Shown one piece after another: positions 59,681 through 64,000 of a stretch of DNA of 64,000 nt; position 1 is the first letter of the stretch, and every line of letters starts with the position of its first letter. The notes beneath the pieces were generated by a model, which saw only the letters and a list, made by a program, of their open reading frames with translations, had not been told where the DNA came from and ran no database searches. Origin of the DNA: a virus (Duplodnaviria; Heunggongvirae; Uroviricota; Caudoviricetes); IMG/VR virus record IMGVR_UViG_3300020045_008999, positions 128,001-192,000 of that record; one strand, given 5' to 3'. Made by a program: the position numbers and the translations under genes.

Positions 59681-59956
59681 ATGCTGAATAAATTTAAAAT
59701 TGAAATAATCGATAATCAAGTTGGCAATTTTTTCCAAATCAATCTATATAAGTGGAAGAAAGTTAATAAGTGGTTTCAAATAGCGAAATTTGACTGGTGT
59801 ATTGAGTTTAGACACATTTTGGGTAAAAATTATAGGTGTCCAGAGATTTCACAAAAACGAATAACCATTGAACAGTATTTCGAAAGAGAGGTCCAAGACG
59901 AATTAAATCGCGATGGCATAGAAGAAGTACATAGAATTATAATTGCTGCATCATAA
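59681..59956 (+). CDS. hypothetical protein, 91 aa
   Basis: ORF sharing its upstream sequence with the 58803 gene. Confidence 0.6.
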   Translation: MLNKFKIEIIDNQVGNFFQINLYKWKKVNKWFQIAKFDWCIEFRHILGKNYRCPEISQKRITIEQYFEREVQDELNRDGIEEVHRIIIAAS

Positions 59957-60095
59957 TGAGGCAGGTTTTTTAAATATACACTTAAATACAACACTAAATA
60001 CAAAGAGAGATTGGGTAAACCGGTCTCTCTTTTTCCGTTACTGATCATTTTCGATTCAATTTTGGGATTTTCCCCTATATAAAAACGGTTATTTG

Positions 60096-60127
60096 TTTGG
60101 TAATTTGGTTCAAATACACTACATTTG
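60096..60127 (+). promoter_or_regulatory. Bacteroidota-type promoter (TTTG-N20-TACATTTG)
   Basis: Full consensus match. Confidence 0.65.
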
Positions 60128-60149
60128 TTTTATACTAAAAACCTCTATT

Positions 60150-60518
60150 ATGGAAACGTTAGCATTTTTTAAGAAGTATTGTAAGTTAAAGGGACTTGAA
60201 ACCAAGTATGCATTTGGACATATCCATGGTGAGACTAAGAGTTTGGTTTTTATGAATGGCGAAACTACGGAACATTTGGAATACTTGGGAACCAATGTAC
60301 GGGATGGTATTTTGTATCGGGTATCACCGGCTACTTGTGGCTATGGTGAGGACGGGAGTAACAAGTGTACTATAGGCAAACCTAACCCGGCCTGTATGGG
60401 TGGTATTTATTCCAAAAATAAATGTGCTATTTATTTTCATACTCCGATTGATTTGGAAACGTTTCGATATGATTTGAATATGGAGGAGTTTCAATTACTG
60501 AGTCTCAACCATGAGTAG
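60150..60518 (+). CDS. hypothetical protein, ~122 aa
   Basis: Start moved to METLAFF, downstream of the promoter. Confidence 0.65.
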   Translation: METLAFFKKYCKLKGLETKYAFGHIHGETKSLVFMNGETTEHLEYLGTNVRDGILYRVSPATCGYGEDGSNKCTIGKPNPACMGGIYSKNKCAIYFHTPIDLETFRYDLNMEEFQLLSLNHE

Positions 60519-60603
60519 GAAGTAGTCGAAGAATTGTAGAAAATGGGGTATATTATCAAAATCGGAAGCGCATTGAATCAATTTACCGAATATTTGTTTA
60601 ATC

Positions 60604-61002
60604 ATGGACGTAGGGGAAATATATAATTTTTGCATCAAACACCATATTAGTAATTACACCATTAATTCAGATGGGTTTATAGATGTGATCGGGTCAGTTA
60701 TTTTAGGTACAGAAGATGGAATAGAAGATGGGCACCTACCAGATGGAATTCGTTTTGGGTATGTTAGTGAGAGTTTCAACTGTACGTGGGCTTCCCTGAC
60801 CTCACTTAATGGATGTCCTTTGGTGTTGGGTGGTATTTTTTGTTGTTACTATGGATTTATGGATTGGACGGATGAGAACTTTGATGTTCTGTATCGTTAT
60901 AACTATTCCCAGCTGAGAATTAATAGTAATTTCAAGTTGGGATATGATAGGTATTGTAAAATAAGGAAGCGTAGGGATATTATTAATGAATTGCTCCGGT
61001 GA
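60604..61002 (+). CDS. divergent short LRR-like family member with basic C-terminal tail
   Basis: ISNYTINSDGFIDV..RFGYVSESFNC..LTSLNGCP. Confidence 0.75.
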   Translation: MDVGEIYNFCIKHHISNYTINSDGFIDVIGSVILGTEDGIEDGHLPDGIRFGYVSESFNCTWASLTSLNGCPLVLGGIFCCYYGFMDWTDENFDVLYRYNYSQLRINSNFKLGYDRYCKIRKRRDIINELLR

Positions 61003-61006
61003 TATA

Positions 61007-61038
61007 TTTGGAAAAATCGAATAAAATTATTACATTTG
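61007..61038 (+). promoter_or_regulatory. Bacteroidota-type promoter (TTTG-N20-TACATTTG)
   Basis: Full consensus match. Confidence 0.65.
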
Positions 61039-61063
61039 AATACTAATCGTAAATTAAATACAA

Positions 61064-61312
61064 ATGAAAACAGAAACTTCGAAAAATAATGATGCAAATC
61101 CGGATCGCTCAATGGATTCAGATCAAGCATTTATTGACATTAACTACACATTTAATGCAATTGCAAATCAAGACAAGAGTAATAGTTGGAAACTGGATGA
61201 ACTTAGACTAATACTAAATCAGTTACAGAAGACTCAATTTGAAAACGGCATAAAAGCTGGATTTAGAAAAGGGATTAAACTACTTACGGACCAGGACATA
61301 AACAACCTTTAA
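61064..61312 (+). CDS. hypothetical protein, 82 aa
   Basis: ORF after promoter. Confidence 0.6.
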   Translation: MKTETSKNNDANPDRSMDSDQAFIDINYTFNAIANQDKSNSWKLDELRLILNQLQKTQFENGIKAGFRKGIKLLTDQDINNL

Positions 61313-61481
61313 ATAAAAGTAATATGGATATGAAAAATTTCATCACTGAGAAAATGAATTCTGGTGGATTGACCGTAGCAATATCCGGACATAAACAACC
61401 TTTAAACAAAAGTAATATGGATATGAAAAATTTCATCACTGAGAAAATGAATTCTGGTGGATTGACCGTAGCAATATCCGG
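61294..61481. repeat. 93-bp tandem duplication
   Basis: Duplicates the gene junction and MDMKNFITEKMNSGGLTVAISG. Confidence 0.9.
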
Positions 61482-61950
61482 TCAGGTGGCTGCCTTATGC
61501 GATGAATATAGACTAATGAAATCATCGGATCACTGCAGTATTATCACTGGTGAATTTGGCCGTTTGGGAAGTTTAAACATTAAAGAACTTAGTGCTGATT
61601 GCCAAGAGCTTGTATTCAAATATGAGAGTGGATCATATGACTATGTATCGACCAGAACCAATTCATCTACAAATATACTCTGGACTGATTATCAAGACAT
61701 CGAACCTTACAACCGCCAGGGTGGGTTGTACGCAGACGGGGCCTCATTTAAAAGTTTGGGTGCGCCAGTTTTAGAAAAATCGGATTGCCGAGAATTTCAC
61801 GCTACGCATGTTTACCAGGGCAATATAAGTTTTGCGGTTTGGGGGTTTCGTTTTAATGATTTTTACAATTCCATAAATTTTGGCATTTGCATAAAAACGG
61901 ATCAGGTGGGTGTATTCATTACTCGTCTAAGACTTATTATAGGAAAGTAA
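61324..61950 (+). CDS. hypothetical protein with duplicated N-terminus (alternative start 61417)
   Basis: Long ORF. Confidence 0.7.
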   Translation: MDMKNFITEKMNSGGLTVAISGHKQPLNKSNMDMKNFITEKMNSGGLTVAISGQVAALCDEYRLMKSSDHCSIITGEFGRLGSLNIKELSADCQELVFKYESGSYDYVSTRTNSSTNILWTDYQDIEPYNRQGGLYADGASFKSLGAPVLEKSDCREFHATHVYQGNISFAVWGFRFNDFYNSINFGICIKTDQVGVFITRLRLIIGK

Positions 61951-61973
61951 ATAATTCTTTAAAACCGGTAAAT

Positions 61974-62216
61974 ATGAGTTTATTAATGTATGCGAACAAC
62001 ATGGCCTTTTGGATATTAAAGTATCGAAAAGAGTTGACCACATTTGAGGAATTCAAATCGAGGTCTAAATTTACACTTACCAGTCAATGGAATGCTGCTA
62101 TGTTCACTACTATGGTTAATGATGGAATCAATGATGATTTGACTTCTATTGCTCAATGGGTGCAAAATAGTTTGGATAAGGATGGTCATGATGAATCGTA
62201 TTACATAAACGACTAA
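61974..62216 (+). CDS. hypothetical protein, ~80 aa
   Basis: Start moved to MSLLMY to avoid overlap. Confidence 0.55.
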   Translation: MSLLMYANNMAFWILKYRKELTTFEEFKSRSKFTLTSQWNAAMFTTMVNDGINDDLTSIAQWVQNSLDKDGHDESYYIND

Positions 62217-62229
62217 AAAATAAATACCA

Positions 62230-62616
62230 ATGTATAATGATTTGGTTATTGATTTTCTTGATAATAATGAGATCTCAAATTACGTGATTAATTTGGATGG
62301 CACTATCGATGTACATGGTAGGGTTATGTTATATTCTTATAGTGGTATTGAATTACCCTCTTATATACAATTCGGCAAAGTATTAGGAAATTTTTCATGT
62401 TCGTGTCTTAATATAACATCTTTGGTTGGGTTCCCACTACACATTGGTGGTTATTTGATGTGTTATTTCGGCAAGATAGCACCGAGTTATGAGAATTTTG
62501 AAATTTTACACCGGTATTCGGGTTGTTTGTATATTGAACCAGAATTAGATGTGTTGTACCAAAAATACTGTAGGATGAAAAAACGTATGGGTAGTATAGA
62601 TGAAATCATCTATTAA
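62230..62616 (+). CDS. divergent short LRR-like family member with basic C-terminal tail
   Basis: ISNYVINLDGTIDV..FGKVLGNFSC..ITSLVGFP. Confidence 0.75.
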   Translation: MYNDLVIDFLDNNEISNYVINLDGTIDVHGRVMLYSYSGIELPSYIQFGKVLGNFSCSCLNITSLVGFPLHIGGYLMCYFGKIAPSYENFEILHRYSGCLYIEPELDVLYQKYCRMKKRMGSIDEIIY

Positions 62617-62619
62617 CTA

Positions 62620-62651
62620 GTTGTAAATATGGGTTGAATATATTACATTTG
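62620..62651 (+). promoter_or_regulatory. Bacteroidota-type promoter (GTTG-N20-TACATTTG)
   Basis: Consensus match upstream of 62672. Confidence 0.6.
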
Positions 62652-62671
62652 AACCCCAGCTAAACATAAAT

Positions 62672-62992
62672 ATGGATCCAAACAAGAAAATGATTTACGA
62701 TAAGGTTTATGCCCATCTGAATGCGGATGAATCAACTGCTAGTAAATTAATTGCGAGACACTTTCGCTATGCGTTATTAGATAAGGCGATAACTGATCAA
62801 GAGTATGATTATTACTTTAAGTCGGGTGATGATATTGCCTTGGTAATGAATAATAGGCATGTGTTATGTTTGGGTGACGGAATTGATTCATGTGCGTATA
62901 ACACTACTATTGAGTGTGATGTATGTAAATACAACAACACAGCTTTCCCTGGAGCATTGGATCCGGGTGCTACTAAAAATCGTTATAAATAA
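62672..62992 (+). CDS. hypothetical protein, 106 aa
   Basis: ORF after promoter; Cys cluster. Confidence 0.65.
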   Translation: MDPNKKMIYDKVYAHLNADESTASKLIARHFRYALLDKAITDQEYDYYFKSGDDIALVMNNRHVLCLGDGIDSCAYNTTIECDVCKYNNTAFPGALDPGATKNRYK

Positions 62993-63053
62993 AACCATAA
63001 GATATATTCAGTCGAACCTTCTTTATCTGGAAATAATTGTAATTAAACGGTGA

Positions 63054-63794
63054 ATGATTATGTATAATAATGACCTAACAACGTGGGATGATCATAAATT
63101 GTTGAAGTTATATAAGCACGCCATGGTATATAGGTATATGTGCTATAAGGATACTTTTGGCAGCTACCACCCTAAATATGAGCACAACTGTGTTCATCTA
63201 GAAGACATAAAGAGCAGCTTTTTTTTCAAACTATACTATCCGAATGAATTGGCTATGTTAGAGCAAATGTGGACTCGTTACATGGATAGTAATTTTCATA
63301 ATAGATGTTGGTGGGAGTCACAGAATATATTCAGTACTCGAATTACATTCCCGCAACCGGCCCTGGATGATGTTGTTAGTGATGTTGTTAGCGATGTTGT
63401 TAGCGATGTTGTTAGCGATGTTGTTAGTGATAGTATAATCATGGATTATATTCACTATAATGGTAACCAGTATATTCTACATGGCAGTGGCAGCAAGCGT
63501 AAGGTTTACTTATCACCGGACGGTACCCATGTAATTAAGGTTGCTATGGATCCTATTGGTTTAGGCATTGGTGAGAATTTATCAGAGTCCCAAATCTATG
63601 CGAGTAACCCGGATTCCATTTACGCCAAATGCGAAATGATAGAGAATGATTGGCTGTTGATGGAATACGTAGAACCGGGATTTTTCACTTCAAAAGACAA
63701 TTTACCCCAATGGACTTTGAGTATTGCCGAACATCAGGTGGGTTACACCCTTTCCGGGAAGTTAGTGGCATATGATTACGGTTCCGATATTTAA
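63054..63794 (+). CDS. protein with (DVVS)5 linker and C-terminal minimal protein-kinase-like domain
   Basis: GSGSKRKVY, VIKVA, E, LLMEYV and DYG motifs in kinase order. Confidence 0.55.
   Translation: MIMYNNDLTTWDDHKLLKLYKHAMVYRYMCYKDTFGSYHPKYEHNCVHLEDIKSSFFFKLYYPNELAMLEQMWTRYMDSNFHNRCWWESQNIFSTRITFPQPALDDVVSDVVSDVVSDVVSDVVSDSIIMDYIHYNGNQYILHGSGSKRKVYLSPDGTHVIKVAMDPIGLGIGENLSESQIYASNPDSIYAKCEMIENDWLLMEYVEPGFFTSKDNLPQWTLSIAEHQVGYTLSGKLVAYDYGSDI
63369..63428. repeat. 5 x 12-bp tandem repeat (gatgttgttagy)
   Basis: Directly visible; encodes DVVS x5. Confidence 0.9.
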
Positions 63795-63804
63795 TACAAT
63801 TGAA

Positions 63805-64000
63805 ATGGATGATACTACATTAGACATAATTGATTATTTTCTAACTAATAGGTGTATTTGGAACTATGCCTACCCATACGAGGTTACTTCGGATGGTTTG
63901 ATTAATATCCAAGGTGATATTTTGATTACTTCGGTCCCGGATGGTCGCCATCAGATGTCTCATATTAGGTTTGGTAATGTGAGTGGTAATTTACGATGTC
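63805..64000 (+). CDS. divergent LRR-like family member, partial
   Basis: Manual translation ..YEVTSDGLINIQGDI..IRFGNVSGNLRC. Confidence 0.6.
   Translation, partial: MDDTTLDIIDYFLTNRCIWNYAYPYEVTSDGLINIQGDILITSVPDGRHQMSHIRFGNVSGNLRC

Noticed and set aside
1-64000. Stop-codon reassignment (TAG or TGA)
   Set aside because: Paralogs end at the same aligned position with either TAA or TAG, and coding density is high under the standard bacterial code. The in-frame TAG at 16079 and TGA at 37736 are isolated cases.
1-64000. Eukaryotic giant-virus origin (FNIP/ankyrin-type expansion)
   Set aside because: Repeated Bacteroidota promoter consensus with fixed spacing, very short intergenic spacers and an attC-like site fit a bacteriophage better. 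No marker gene is present to prove it.
1-64000. tRNA or rRNA genes
   Set aside because: No cloverleaf or T-loop consensus or rRNA-like sequence was recognised in the non-coding gaps.

Overview
AT-rich, gene-dense segment that looks like part of a large (jumbo-type) phage genome with a probable Bacteroidota host, inferred from many TTTG-N19/20-TAnnTTTG promoters. No tRNA, rRNA, CRISPR array or core structural or replication genes were recognised. Positions 1-51.6 kb hold an array of about 61 paralogous genes (one partial at the left edge, two frameshifted). Each has a conserved N-cap (MKNLISKEEKD..IC..Y.I.NYSINxDGSIDVDG), 2-10 copies of a 21-aa LRR-like module (GGxFxCxxNxLTSLxGxPxxV) and a near-invariant C-terminal tail (IKLILKYQRHFxIWNxDLxLNxENFxxLxxEIxDGL). 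Protein lengths step by about 21 aa, and distant paralogs share near-identical patches in a mosaic way, which suggests a recombination-shuffled, VLR-like binder repertoire. A recurring symmetric intergenic module is interspersed in the array. It has strand-specific GA/GNA DNA hairpins on the outside and two convergent host-type promoters flanking an inverted repeat whose core occurs in both orientations. The array region also carries an ART-like gene, GIY-YIG and degenerate LAGLIDADG endonuclease-like genes, a 9x16-bp tandem repeat and a 2x66-bp repeat. From 53 kb onward the + strand carries small hypothetical genes, an attC-like gene cassette, divergent short LRR relatives and a kinase-like gene. 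All product calls come from motifs read by eye; no database searches were run.
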